This document shows positions 13,409 through 26,904 of a stretch of DNA of 64,000 nucleotides, one piece after another. The DNA is from Lama guanicoe (Eukaryota). Location of the stretch: the NCBI GenBank assembly GCA_013239625.1, contig MU053504.1, forward strand, positions 684,001 through 748,000, written 5' to 3'. A program made the translations under genes and the position numbers. How positions within the stretch are numbered: the stretch's first letter is position 1; every line of letters begins with the position of its first letter. Under the pieces are notes generated by a model that saw only the letters and a list, made by a program, of their open reading frames with translations, was not told the DNA's origin and searched no databases.

Positions 13409-14218
13409 ATGGGAGTCATACTTTGGGGTCTTTGCTTTCCCATCATTGGTGACAACTGTTCCTGCTGCAGTATGTCCTGCCTGGCACAGAAACCCGAGGC
13501 AGGGGCCAAGGCAAACACACATACATCTCACACTGCTGGGCTGAGCTTTATGTAGAAAATAGGAGGGGCAGCCTCAGTCATTTAATTATATTGCATGACA
13601 TTGTGTGCTCCCCAACATAGTCCCATGAGATGGGTATTATTATCCTCATGTTGGTGAGAAAGTTGGGGCTTAGAGATTTTAGGAAACTCTCTAGGGTCAC
13701 AAGCTGGTGAGAGTCAAACCCATGTCTGAAATACTATGCTCATTATTGCTGCCCGACTAGATCTGGAAAGTACAGGATATCCAGACATCCAGAGGGGGAC
13801 TAGGAGAACGACAACACATCAGGGTCCAGGTCACAGGATTGTTTGTTTATTCTAGTAGTAGGTGGAGTATAAACATACTCCTCTTTGGACAATTTCAAGG
13901 CTTCCCTGCTCAGCATAGGACTTGAATTCAATAGGAACTGAGGGAATAATAAAAAACCTGGCAAGAAATCATTAAGGTCATTCAAGGGAACATTGCCTCC
14001 CTAGTTTGGCAGGGGCCTGAGACCTTATCTAGTCCTCCCACAACCAAGTAACTGAGATCCGCTTTGTGGCTAGATGAGGCCTAAAAGGATGTGAGCAAAT
14101 CGTAAGCAGGCGATCTCTCTGGGGAGTTGGATTTGGGTGTGCTGTTTTCTAATAGTTATATAATGTCTAATCCACTTCGTGTCACTTTGAATCATTTGGA
14201 TTGTTTGGATATGTCCAT

Positions 14219-14220
<2 letters not shown>

Positions 14221-14261
<41 letters not shown>

Positions 14262-14280
14262 TGTGAGAGAGAGAGAGAGA
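14221..14280. repeat. Compound (TG)n(AG)n microsatellite
   Basis: Directly visible. Confidence 0.98.
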
Positions 14281-14412
14281 AACAGACAGACAGAAAAAAG
14301 AGAGAGAGCAAGTTTTGCTTTTATAATTTAAAAATCACACAATTTTGAGAAGAAATTTTTAAGGAAAGATATCAGTGCTTCCTTAAATAAGTCATTAAGG
14401 ATTTGGCATTGG

Positions 14413-14612
14413 CTAATTTTTAGACTTGTCCAGATGAGCAGAAACCAAAAATGTCATTTTTGAAGTGACTTCCTGCTGCCCATCTTGCTCTACCTGGTGG
14501 GTGAGCGCAGTGTCCTCTATGGTTGGCTGTCCACTAGGATTGAGCTCTGCACGGTGTACAGTCCATCTCTCGTTTTGGTGGGGGCCTATTATTACAGGCA
14601 GAGAAGGTGGAG
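14413..14612 (-). pseudogene. Fused C1-start/C2-end SIRP exon remnant; open in phase 1 and a candidate terminal coding exon of gene B
   Basis: Strong acceptor tcttctttcttgtag. APPSLPVIIGP (like first-C1 AKPSPPVVSGP) is joined to second-C1-like sequence: TRDGLYTVQSSILVD in an alternate frame, then LTHQVEQDGQQEVTSKMTFLVSAH, with His in place of the conserved Cys. Confidence 0.72.
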
Positions 14613-15559
14613 CTACAAGAAAGAAGATAATAAACCATTAATGTTGGTGAGCCAGGCAGCATTGGGTGTGCTTTATATGATTTTAATTCTGACAACTCTG
14701 TGATTATGTCTATTTTATGAAAAGGGAAATGGAGGCTCATAGAGGCAAGGGACATACTAGCGGTATGCAGAGCTGGAAAATTGAAATATGGGTTTCTCCA
14801 GTCACATAGTTTGTGTTCTTTCCTCAGGCACACTGTTTCTCTGTTCAGGAGCCACATTCCTATACCCTTACCATTTTTGGTGTTAGTTCCTCCTACTATT
14901 CATCCTCATTAGTAACTTTTAGACAACTGAGAATAAAAGGGAACTTTCTTAACCTGATATTTATCTACCAAAATCCTAAAACAACATGTCACCTTTAATG
15001 TGGAATTTTACAAGAATGTCCTTTATGGATAGCTAATAACATTTAATTTCTTGCTTTAGGTATTAGATACCCAAGTGTGTTCACTATGTGATTATTGATC
15101 TATACTTCATGATCTATGAACTTTTCTTTATGTATATTATAAGTTAATAAAGGTTTAAAAATATCCTGGGAAAAGAAAAGAACGTTCTTTAGAATTAGCA
15201 ACAACAGGATACCATACACTCCACTGCATCTATTTGGTGATTTACTAGAGAATCTGGCCAATACATGAAGCAAAAAAAAGTTATGAGTAAATAATGATTT
15301 GGAAGGAAGAAAAATATAATATAAACCTACACAGGAAATGCAATTAGATCTGTTTACTAAAAGGCTAATGGATTAGAAAACTCACATATGTTGGGAATTT
15401 GGGGATCAGTGAAAAAGTGGGCCAGGCAACATGTTGTGTTGGGGATAATTACTGTTTTATAAATCTCACTGAACACAAAAAAATTCCTAACAGATTACAT
15501 TCTTAAATCTAAAAGTTGGTGAAACTATTAGAGGAAAAATAATAGAAGAGTATCTTTAG

Positions 15560-15985
15560 CTCTAGATGACATTTAATGTACTTTCAATCTTCCATAAGCA
15601 TTCTTGGAGAATAGAAAAAGGGTACACTTCTCATCTCATTTTTTGAGGCTAGAGTAACTTCAATAACAAAACTCCAACAAGGATATTATAAAGAAGTAAA
15701 ATCATAGATCATTCTCACTTAAAAACAGATTTAAAAATCCCAAGTAAAACTTTAGCAAACCAAGTAACACACCAATACCAAGGTGGTTTTATTCCAGGAA
15801 TGGAAAATGAAATTAATATTACAAAATCAAACCATATAATTCATCACACTTACACATTGAAAGAAAGGCAATAGAAAACTTGTGGCCATCTCAATAGTTG
15901 CAGGAAAACGTTAAAATATCAATGTTCATCTTTAAATATTTGAAAATAGGAGTGAGTTACTTAACCTGATAAAGATGATCTATTA
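15560..15985 (+). mobile_element. Old L1 ORF2 (RT-region) fragment
   Basis: Degenerate L1 motifs (tcattttttgaggctagagtaac, ttttattccaggaatgg, catctcaatagttgcagg). Confidence 0.6.
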
Positions 15986-17306
15986 GATGGAACTTTATGC
16001 AATTGCAATGCAGGAGAGAATGGCAGGTAAGCCACCTGTACGTACATTTTTCAGCTTGAAAGAAATATGTGAATTTTCCTTGGTCAATTGGATGCTATGA
16101 AATGTGGCTAGACTTGAAAACATTATTAGGGCAGGCCAGTTTTCCTGGCAGAAAAGAAGGACACCCTAATCTCACTGTTTTTCCTGAAATTAATTCAGAC
16201 AGTGGTAAGGAGATGGAAACACTAGTTGTTTTCAGAGAATAAGAGAAAAGCAGAATTGGGAGTAGAACTCTCAGGGAAGACCAGGGAAAAGTCAAGTGCC
16301 AGGAGAGTGACTCTAGGAGGGCTTTTCCAAAGAAGACCTAGGAGTGGGTGACACACATGACTCCTCCTCCTGGTCTCATGATTCCCTAGAAGTTACTCCT
16401 GGCTGTGGTAGGAGGACATACCCAGTAATTGACTTTTGGAGACTTCTCAGGTACCTGCCACCAGGTCTTGATCACATTCTAGTTGGAAATTGGTGAGTGA
16501 AATTGTGCAGGCTTGTGGTGTTTCTGTCTACCTGACCATCTGTTTGTTTTGGCTTCAGAGATTTTGGCATTTGGGTGCAAACTTCACCTGTGCTGAGACT
16601 TCATTATGAGTCTACAAGCTAACATGTGGCTATAAGGATCAGTGAATGGAAATTCAGTCTCAGGTGCAGGGTAGGAGAAACACATTGGATAGTTCTCATT
16701 CCAGGATTGTTCCTAAAGTCTTAGAAAAGTCAGGCTGTCTTCTAAATCTCAGTTTTCTCACATTTAGAAGCATGCAGTGCTCTCATGCAGTCGCATTTTG
16801 CCTACCCACTATCTTTTTATATGGGAGTGTCCCCTTGTCCTGTGTCGTTGGGTTCTGTTGGTATTGACCACCAGGGAAAGGCATAGTAACATGTCTTGAT
16901 TCAACATTGGCCACAGGACCCCAGAATGGCTTATCAGAAAGGCCATCTGTAGAATTCTAGCCTACAGTGCTGTTTGTATGCGAAGGCGTAATATCCAGTG
17001 TGTAGTAATGATTTGGTACATTTTACAGGTTTTTTAAAGTTTATCTTTACAAATGCAGAAGTGGGCCAGTTTGTACTCACCATTTACATATGCAGTGGTG
17101 ACTGGTCCATAATGGGCTGGATGCCCTTTTCTTAACTTGGCACACTGTAGGTGCCAGCATCCTCAGGTAACACATTAGTGATGTGGATGAAATAGTCTGT
17201 TTGGTTGGCCATGTCATTATTTTCCATTTGGATTACTCTGGGAAAATGGGTTCCATTGAAACTGCAGATTAATTGTTGTTTTGGCACAGTGTCCTTGAAC
17301 CACAAG
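15985..17306. repeat. Old segmental duplicate of 24435-25806 (V1 exon plus downstream intron)
   Basis: Collinear similarity, e.g. caggagagaatggcaggtaagccacctgta and ttcctgaaattaattcagacagtgg in both copies; the spurious ORFs at 16095 and 24396 share sequence. Confidence 0.88.
17081..17306 (-). pseudogene. Decayed IgV exon (paralog of gene B V1), 5' part lost at an L1 boundary
   Basis: LWFKDTVPKQQLICSFNGTHFPRV...ANQTDYFIHITNVLPEDAGTY, then a frameshift at the YYC motif; donor ATG|GTGAGT retained. Confidence 0.88.
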
Positions 17307-17319
17307 TTACAGCTCCACC

Positions 17320-20300
17320 CCAACTTTATGCTGTTGTTACATATTACATCTTTATGTATTATATACTCATTAACATAGATTTGTATTTTTTATGTATTTT
17401 CATTAAAATTATATACACAAAATAATAGTGAACTAATGCACCAAAAGTATAGTAATAGAGGTTACTATATTTGTTCATGTATTTTTCTTTACTGAAGAAC
17501 TTTATATTTTTGTATGGCTTCGTGTTTCTGTCCAGCATTCTTTAATTTCAATTTGAAAGGTTCCATTTAGTGTTCTTTTAGGGCAGGTCGAGTGATAGTG
17601 AACTCCCTCTACATTTGTTTAACTGGAAAATTTCCACTTAATTTCTCTTCCACTTTTGAAGGACAGTGTTGTTGGATACAGTATTCTTGGTTGACAAGTT
17701 TTTTCTTTAAGCATTTGAATGTATCATCCCATAGTGTTCTGATCTGCTTGGATTCTGCCAAGTAATCCACTGGTAATCTTATAAAAGCTTCTCACATATG
17801 TCACTAAAAGAAGCTTCTTGTATGTAATGAATTGCTTATCTCTTGATGCTATGAAGTTTTTCTGTCTTTGACTTCCAGTAGTTTCATTATAATGTGTCTC
17901 AGTGTGGGTCTCTGGATTTACCCTGATTGGAGTTATTCAGATTTGTGTACAACTTGTATACCTGTTTATTTCCCCTGAATTTTGGAAAGTTTTTGACCAT
18001 TGATTTTTCAGATAAGTTCTCTCTTTCTTTCTGTCTTTTGGGATACCCATAATGTGTATATTGTTCTGCTTAATGGTGTTTTATGGGCCCCTATACTCTC
18101 CTCACTTCTCTTCCTTTGTCCTTTTGCTCTTCTGACTCAATGATTTCAAATGAACTGTGTTCAAATTCTTTGATTCGTACTCCGATGAGATCAAGTCTGC
18201 TGTTGTACATGTATGTTCATGAGAGTTATGTCCTGCTTTTATTGATCCCTTTATCATATACAACATTCTTTTTTTGGGGTACAGACTTTGTTTTAAAATC
18301 TATGTTTCCTTATATATAGTGCTTCTTATTTTTTTTCCATTTGCATGCAATGTCTTTTTCTCTCCTCTCACTTTCAGTGTGTATCTTTAGCTCTGAATTG
18401 AGTCTTTTGTAGGTAGAAAATATATGGATCTTCTTTTTAAACCAATCAGTTACCCTGTTTCTTTTGAATCAAGCATTTAGTCCAATGACATTTCAAGAGA
18501 TTGTTGATGGGTATCATCATATTCTTACTTGGTTTCTGTTTTTTTTTTAATTAAAATACAATGGTTTCTGGTTGTTTTTGATTGTCGATTTTTTTCTTCT
18601 GTTAGTTATTTCCTTTTGGCTTGATGATTTTCTTTAGTGTTATGCTTGTGTTCCTTCTTTTTTGTGTGTGTATCTATTGTAGGTTTTTGATTTGTGGTTA
18701 CCATTGAGTTCATATATGTTGACTTAGAACTATATCTACTTGTTTTTAAATAATGCTCATTTAAGTTCAAACATATTCTAAAAGATCCACATCTCCCCCC
18801 ATCTCCTACATTTCTGTTTTGGTATCATATTTGATATCTTCATGCCTGTACCTTAACTGTTTATTGTAGTTATAGTTGATTTTACAATTTTTGTCTTTTA
18901 ACCTTTGTACTAGTTTATTTGCCTTTAGTAGTAGGGATTTCCTTTTCCTATAAATTCTTACTTCTTGTTAGTCTGTTCTTTTTCACTTAAAGAAGGCACT
19001 TTAATACTACCTATGTTTGGTTTAGTATTGATGATCTCTTTTAGTTGTGCTTGTTTTGGAAGCTCTGATCTCTGCTTCAGTTCTAAATGATTACCCTGTA
19101 GGTTGTTGGTTTTTACTTTTCAGCTCTTTGTATCATGCCGATCCCTGCTGGCCTGCAAAGCTTCTGCAGAAAAATCAATTTATAGCTGTATAGGGGTTCC
19201 CTTCTATGTGACTCTTTGTTTTTCTCTTGCTGCCTTTAAAACTGTTTTCTTATTTTTCACTTTAGCATTTTATATGTCTTGGTGTGGGTCTCTTTGAGTT
19301 AATCTTGTTTGGGTCTCTTTGTGACTCCTGTACCTGGAAATCTGTTTCCTTCTTCAGCTTGGGAGGTTTTTAGCCATAATTTTATCAAATACATTTTCTT
19401 CCCCACTCTGTCTTCTCTTTCTGGAATCCCTGTACTGTGAATATTGGTATTCTAGATGTTGTAACAGAAGTCCCTTAAACTATCTTCATTTTTAAAAAAT
19501 TTTCTTTTTCTGTTCTGAATACGTTATTTCCATTCTTCTACCTTCCTGACCACTTACATGTTCTCCTGTATCACTTAGTTTGCTGTTAATTGCTTTGAGT
19601 ATAATTTTCACTTTAGACATTGTATTCTTCAGCCCTGACCCTGACTTTTTTAAAAAATGCTTTCTGGTTCTTTGTTAAAATTCTGTGTTCATATATTCTT
19701 TTCTTAAGTTCAGTTAGCATTCTTATTACTATTGCTTTGAACTCTTTATCTGTTTAATTTTAAAATCTCATTTTATTAGTTTTTTTCAGGGTTTTTTTCT
19801 TGTTCTTTGGTTTGAAATATATTTCTCTATCTTCTCATTTTGTTCAACTTTCTCTGTATATAAATAGGTGAAACAGTCACGTACTGCAATCTTGAAGGGA
19901 TGGTCTTGTGTTGGACCATCCCTATACAGTCTGTGTGTGCATAGTAGCTTTGATAGGCGAGCTGAATCTGAAATGAGCATGGGTCACTTCTCTTAGGATT
20001 TGCTGGCAGCCACAACCTTGATGAGAGTTAGGGCTGGAGATGGAGGGTCTAGAGCCAGAGCCAAACTGCAGTTGAAGCTTCTGCTGTGCTCAATGGCAGT
20101 CATCACCTACTGGGGCAGGGGGCATGTCTGAGAGTACTTGAGCAGAAGCTCTGAGGAAGTTAGGTTTCTCCCTTCTGTTACGGAAGTCTCTGCCTTGTTG
20201 GTGTCATGGGAGAGGCTGAAGAGTTTATACTTCTGTGTTGGTCTCACTTTTGTCCCACTGAGCATGCCTTGGTTGGGGGCTGGGTCAGTGTCCAAGGGGT

Positions 20301-20480
20301 TTGTATCTCATTACTAAGCTGGTTTTTCTCCTGCTGGCAATGTCAGTTTCTGCCCTTGAGCTAGATTTTCTCTTCATACATGTGGGCCAGTACATGATCT
20401 GAGTTTCTTTAGGGTCAGATTCTGGCATTTTTTCATTTGATTAGGCCGTGTTTTCCCACTCTTTGTATGCTTTCTGATTT
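17320..20480 (-). mobile_element. Old L1 fragments (ORF1/5' region), nested
   Basis: T-rich degenerate L1 antisense sequence (ggatacagtattcttggttgac, ctggcctgcaaagcttctgcagaaaaatc). Boundaries approximate. Confidence 0.6.
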
Positions 20481-20504
20481 TTTGTGTGAGATTTGGGCAT
20501 TTAA

Positions 20505-20870
20505 ATAGACCATTTTTGTGTCCCTCAAATTCATATGTTGGAATCCATCCCCAAAATGTGATAGTATTCATAGGTGGAGCCTTTAGAAGGTGCTTAGGTC
20601 ATGAAAGTAGAATCACAATAAATGATACTAATAATACATTAATGGTATTAATGGCCTTACAAAACAGACCACACAGAGCTCCCTTGTCTCTTCTGCTATG
20701 TGAAGTTACGATGAGAGTTCTGTGATCCAGAATAGAACCCTCACCTGGCTATGCTGTTGCCATAATCTTGGATTTCCAGCCTCCAGAACTGTGAGAAATA
20801 AATTTCTATTATTTATAAACTACTCTGTGTATGGTGTTCTGTTATAGTCACCCGAATGGACTAAGATAAC
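20505..20870 (+). mobile_element. MaLR (MLT1A/MST-like) solo LTR
   Basis: tgtgtccctcaaattcatatgttggaatcc...ccagcctccagaactgtgagaaataaatttc...gaatggactaaga. Confidence 0.75.
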
Positions 20871-23268
20871 CATCTCTTTGTCTACTGGCTTTGTGCAGGG
20901 GAATATCTTCTTCAGTCCTCCTGGCTAGATTCTGGGGTCTTTCAAACCTTTTCTGGGGTTATGTCTTCTCTAGGCTTGTATGTGTACTTAGCTATCTCAA
21001 ATTCCCCAAACAACTTACCTGTTTCTTCTCAGGAGCTCACAATCTCTTATTCCCATGTCTTCCTGTGGAACTGTGTAATTCTGCAGCTCTAGTGAACCCC
21101 TTCCATGGCCTTTGTTCTCAGCACTTCTGAACTGTGCTGCTGTTCCTATTAGTGCTCTGAGTCAGATGAGATAGAAATGAATCCCTCAGGCAGCCCCCAG
21201 ACAAGTCAGAATATTGGATGCATGGTCCACTGTATTTCTGAGGGAGGAGCAGGTATGGGAGGTTTCCTCCCCGTTGTGTTGCTATACCAGGTTGGAGGAA
21301 GGGTATGAGTGTAAAAAACATTGCGGAGTTTCCTACAGTGTTCACTGGAATCCCCTATGAGTGAAGAACAAAGTTTGGGAGCTTGCTACTCTGTCATCTT
21401 GTTGATGTCACTCCCCTAAATAATTTTTTAAAATAGTTTTTACCAGTTTCACTGGAAAGTAGATTTGTGGAGCTCCTCACACTGTCATGCCATCCACAGA
21501 AGTCTATTCCTGCTATTTTAAAACCCTGAAGTTTGTGACAGTTGGTTACAGCAACCACAGCAAACTTATGTGTATGTAGTTCAGTATTTAAAAGTTGTTG
21601 TGTGCTCTTCATTTATTATGTAGAAGTGGTATAAATTCACTACATATCTGACTATTTGGATTTTAATAGGAAAATTGAAGTCATTCATAGTTTTTTCCCT
21701 CTAAATCATCTTCATGCACACCCACAGCTCCACTCTAACCAGGGTCTTCTTATTAGGAAGACAGCAAAGCCATAAACCTAAAGGATTATGGGAGTGAGAG
21801 ATCTGCCTGTATACCTGCAGGCAAGCCCAATTTCTGGGTCTCAACGTCCTCATATGTTAAATGAAGGATTTAGACCTTGCAGTGGACCCCTGTTGTTTTC
21901 AGTGTGTTCAGCACTTGTTTCATTGGGTTGATGATTTCCTTACCTAACACTGCCTCTCCTTTGCAACAATGAATAAGTGAAAGGCGCAGGAAAGGCAAAT
22001 TCAGGTGATTCACTGGGACTCATTTGTGGTGTCTGGGAAAAAGAAGCTCTCTTTCTATCCTGGTTGCTAGGATGACTGAATGAATGTCAGCATTTTCTTT
22101 CTTTATCATATGAGTAAGGCCTACGGGCAAGCAAGAGAGACAAATCCAAGAAGAGACAGAGATGAGAGAACTTCCAGAGAATAAGAATCTGGGAGGCTGT
22201 GAGCCCATCTCCGACTTAGTTCTTGATTCCCACCTTGGATGCTGTGAAGACGCTAGAATCCTCAGATACAGGATCACTTAACTCTCCAACATTTTTTTTG
22301 GCTTAAACTGATGTGTTGAGTTCTTACTCCGTAAAAAAAGTTTCTTCACCAATATAAAGCATACTGGAGAGATCCCAGACCTCACCTCTTTCACTTATTA
22401 TCTGTACTCCTGAATCTCATTGAATCTGTTTCCTCTTCTGTACAATGAGGCCAAGCATCCTTAAGCTCAGGTTGCTATGCAAGTAAATACAATAATATGG
22501 GGAAAGTGCTTGAAATATAATAGATGCCCAATAAACAGTAATATAATAGTATCACCAATTTAATCATTTCTCAGGCTGGGTATTGCTCAGAGTTCAGAGG
22601 TCATAACAAAACAGAAGAACAAAATAAAAAAGAAGGGCTTCAGGAACAGAAAAAATTGATCTGAAATTGTACTACAGTGCTCTGTGAATGCTGTTTATCA
22701 GCTGGCGTCCATTAGAAAGTGCTGACTTTAGCCAACAGGCTTAAAGAAGATGTTTGCTCTCTTATAACTGGAGGTCCAGAAGTGCAGTTGGAACCGGGAA
22801 CAATATGGCTGTTCAGTGTTGTCAACCCGCATTCTTTACACTCTTGCACTTCTCTAGAGCAGATTTTTCCTCAGCTTGGTTCCCCTCACTGTCAAGAGAT
22901 GTCTGTCTGGAGTATCTGGGGCAGAATTATTGCTTGTTCCTAGTCAACAGGAGAGAGAATGGCATTAGTTTCCCAGATTTCTCTGTGGACACAAACTGGC
23001 TTAAGTCAGTTTCATGTTTGATTCAGCCTCTGGTAGGGGACATAAAATTACCTTAATTGGTTTAGCCTAGCTATTGGGGGTGGGTTGAATGTTGGAATGT
23101 TAAGCAAAAAATCTCTCATTGCTCAGTGACCTTTCTGACTCTCAGTTTTTGTGCCTGTAAAACACTTAAATTAACAAGATGCTGAGAGAATGATGAAATC
23201 AAATGTATGTTGTACCTTCAGTAATATTTAGCACAGTATAGTTGCTCAGTGACTGGAGGACATGATCA

Positions 23269-23757
<489 letters not shown>

Positions 23758-25573
23758 TCACTAATTCTTTTAGTGACATATGTGAGTATCCACACACTAA
23801 GTTTAGAGAGGCCTCTGCAATTGGAGGCAGCTCCTTCCCTGGGTGCTAACAGAGGGAAGTCAGGTCAGAAGACCAGATACATCACCTCCCCAATTTCATT
23901 TCTCAGCTCCTAAGCAAGGTGAGAGGAGGATGGAGGGGGAGGGCTGGAATTATGAATGGGTAGTATTCATAGAGACGAGTTCTTCTTCCTGTCTGAATGC
24001 CAACAATTACTCAGTGTATTTGGAGACAGATTCAGGTCCCCTCTGCCAGTCCCACACATCCAGAGGGTTTGGGATTGGCCTTCATCTCCCCTCTGAAGGG
24101 TAATCAGTCATTGATTCTGTGGAGACATCAGTGCTGAGAGGTGTGGAGAAAGGGGAAATAAAGAGATCGGAAACCTGAATATCAGGAGGGCATATGTTCC
24201 CCAAGATCCTCTGCTTATCTCCTCAAGAGGGAGGAGGGGGACAGTTTATTTTTCTCAACAAAAACACTAGAGCCTCAGGGGATCTCATCAGTTTTGGAGG
24301 GTCTACCAATGACCCCTAACTCAGTACTCCCAGCATTACTACCTCCCATGATGTCCGGTCCTGGTAATGATCTTTCCTTTCAGGTTGTCGAAGCATCAGA
24401 ACCACAGATGGCCTAAGATGCAGGTTAGGGTAAAGAAGGAACTCTTGGCTGTTGAGGCCAGGAGAGAATGGCAGGTAAGCCACCTGTATGTATATTTTTC
24501 AGCTCGAAAGAAATATGTGAATTTTCCCTGGTCAGTTGGATGCCATGGAATGTGGTTCAGCTTGAGGAAAACACCAGTGGGGAAGACCAGTTTTCCTGGC
24601 AGAAAAGGACACCCGAATCCCACCGTATTTCCTGAAATTAATTCAGACAGTGGCAAGGAGATGGAAACACTGGTTGTTTTCAGAGAATAAGAGAAAAGCA
24701 GAATTGGGAGTAGAACTCTCAGGGCAGACCAGGGAAAAGTCAAGTGCCAGGAGGGTGACTCAACCCCTCCAGGAGGGCTTTTCATACAAGACCTGGGAGT
24801 GGATGACACTCAACACCCCTTCTGATCTCATGATTCCCCAGAAGCTACTCCCGACCATAGTAGGAAGATACACCTACTCATTGACTTCCTGTGTAGGGAA
24901 CAAGGTCTCTGACTGAATTGTGATGACCTCTCAGATACCTGCCACCGGGTCTTAATCTCATTTCAGTTGGAAATGGGTGAATGGAATAGTGCAGGCTGGT
25001 AGAGAGCCTGCCTGCCTGAGTAACCCTTTGTTTTGGCTCATGAGATATTGGGCATTTGGGGCTAACTTCACCCATGCTGAGATTTCATCCTGAATCCAGA
25101 AGCCAAGATGTAGCTGCAAGTACCTATTTCTGATATTCAGGGTCAGGAAATAGGGCATAATAGAAACAATGCACATTTCTGGGCCAAGGTCTGTCCCTAA
25201 GCCTCAGAAAAGCTAGTCAGCCTTCCAAGTCTGAGTTATCCAACTTTTTGGACCATACTGTGCACATATGTAATACATTTTACCTATGCAGTATCTTTTC
25301 AGCTGGGAATGTCCATTGCCCTGTATTCAGTTTCTGGTGGTGCCAGCCATTAGAGAAAGGCATGACTGTTAACATGGCTTGATTCAATATTGGGCATGGG
25401 AACCTTGAATGACTGATCAGAAGGGCCATCTACAGCATCCCAGCCTACAGGGTAAGTTTGTGAATTAAGGGGTACAACATCCAGTATGTAGTAATGATTT
25501 TGTACATCTTAAAGATTTTTTTAAAAAAATTATCTTAAAATCAGAAAGCTGGAGTTTGTCACACTGTACTCAC

Positions 25574-25921
25574 CATTCACGGACACGTAGGTACCCGGAC
25601 CAGATACATACTCCATGTTAGGAAATGCTATGATTAACTTCACACAATAATAGGTACCAGTATCCTCAGGCGACACATTACTGATGCGGATGGAATAGTC
25701 TGTTTGGTTGGCCTTTGGGCTTACCACTTGGGATACTCGGGGAAATTGGTTTCCGTTGAAACTGTAGATTAATTTTCGTTCTAGCCCAGTCTCCTTGATC
25801 CACAAGACGGGCCCTGCCGGGGACAGAGCAGGCATATTACAGACCAAGGTTATGACATCTCCAGCCTTGGCTGACAGCAAACTCTCAGGCTGGTTCACCT
25901 GGAACTCTTCACCTGAAGTTC
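25574..25921 (-). CDS. Gene B IgV exon 1, divergent SIRP V domain, intact
   Basis: 348 nt, phase 1/1, acceptor tctttccag and donor GTGAGT. TSGEEFQVNQPES...TLVC...GPVLWIK...FPRV...DYSIRISNVSPEDTGTYYCVKL...GPGTYVSVN, with no stops. Confidence 0.88.
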
Positions 25922-26904
25922 CTGGAAAGAAACTTTGTGTCACTTCTCATGTTTCTTGCCTTAGCGCAAAATGTTCTCAGTGTCTGGCTCTAGTTGAAGG
26001 TGGGGTCTCACTGCACACTCTTCAGCAGCAGGTATTAGCATCAAACTATAAAAATTACAAATTTGGCTGCCATATGGGATGAAGGGAAGGGGACCAGTGT
26101 ACAGAAAGGAGGATGGCGCCTTCCTTCTGCATCAGGATATAGAGATCCTGAAGCATAGTAGGCACCAAATAAATATTTTCAATGAAACAATGAATACATT
26201 TATATTAAATGAAAAATGTAAAATAGGATTTGAGTCAGATTTTTCTTTATGTCTCAGAATTAGAGATAAGTCCCCAAGCTCAGGGCATTGTGTTGATAAC
26301 CAACATACTATATTCAGACTGTGACTTTCATATAGAGACATCTCCCTCTCTTCATGTGGAAGCCCATTTACCCCGTGTGCCCAAATCCACATTGAGACTT
26401 GTATTATGCATGAAATTTATATTTTCCCTGAGTGAAGATGGGTTATTAGAGTATGAAAACATCTCAGCTATTAAAACGTTTCATGTTCGTTGATGCTCAT
26501 TCCAATCCAACAAATTCTTACTCCTTAGTAGTTAATTGCTCTTGGCTGTGTGTTCTTGGATATCACACAAGGAGCACTGACATAGAGTTCACAGAAGATA
26601 CACAGAATATATACAAGACAAATACTACAAAACTATGAAAGATTTTTCTCCTGAATGATTTCTCAATCCTAGCATATTTATTTTCTATTTTGGAGTAACA
26701 AATTGCTACAAAATTAATGGCTTAAAATTACCTATTATTTCACAGCTTATGTGAATCTGAAATTTAGGCACAACTTAGCTTAGCTGACACGCACAGGAAG
26801 AAAATTTTGTGAAGATGGGAAAGAATGCCGTCTACAATTTAAGGCATGTTTGAGGCTACCAGAAGCTAGGAGAGAAGCCTGGAACAGATTCTCCCTCATT
26901 GCTT

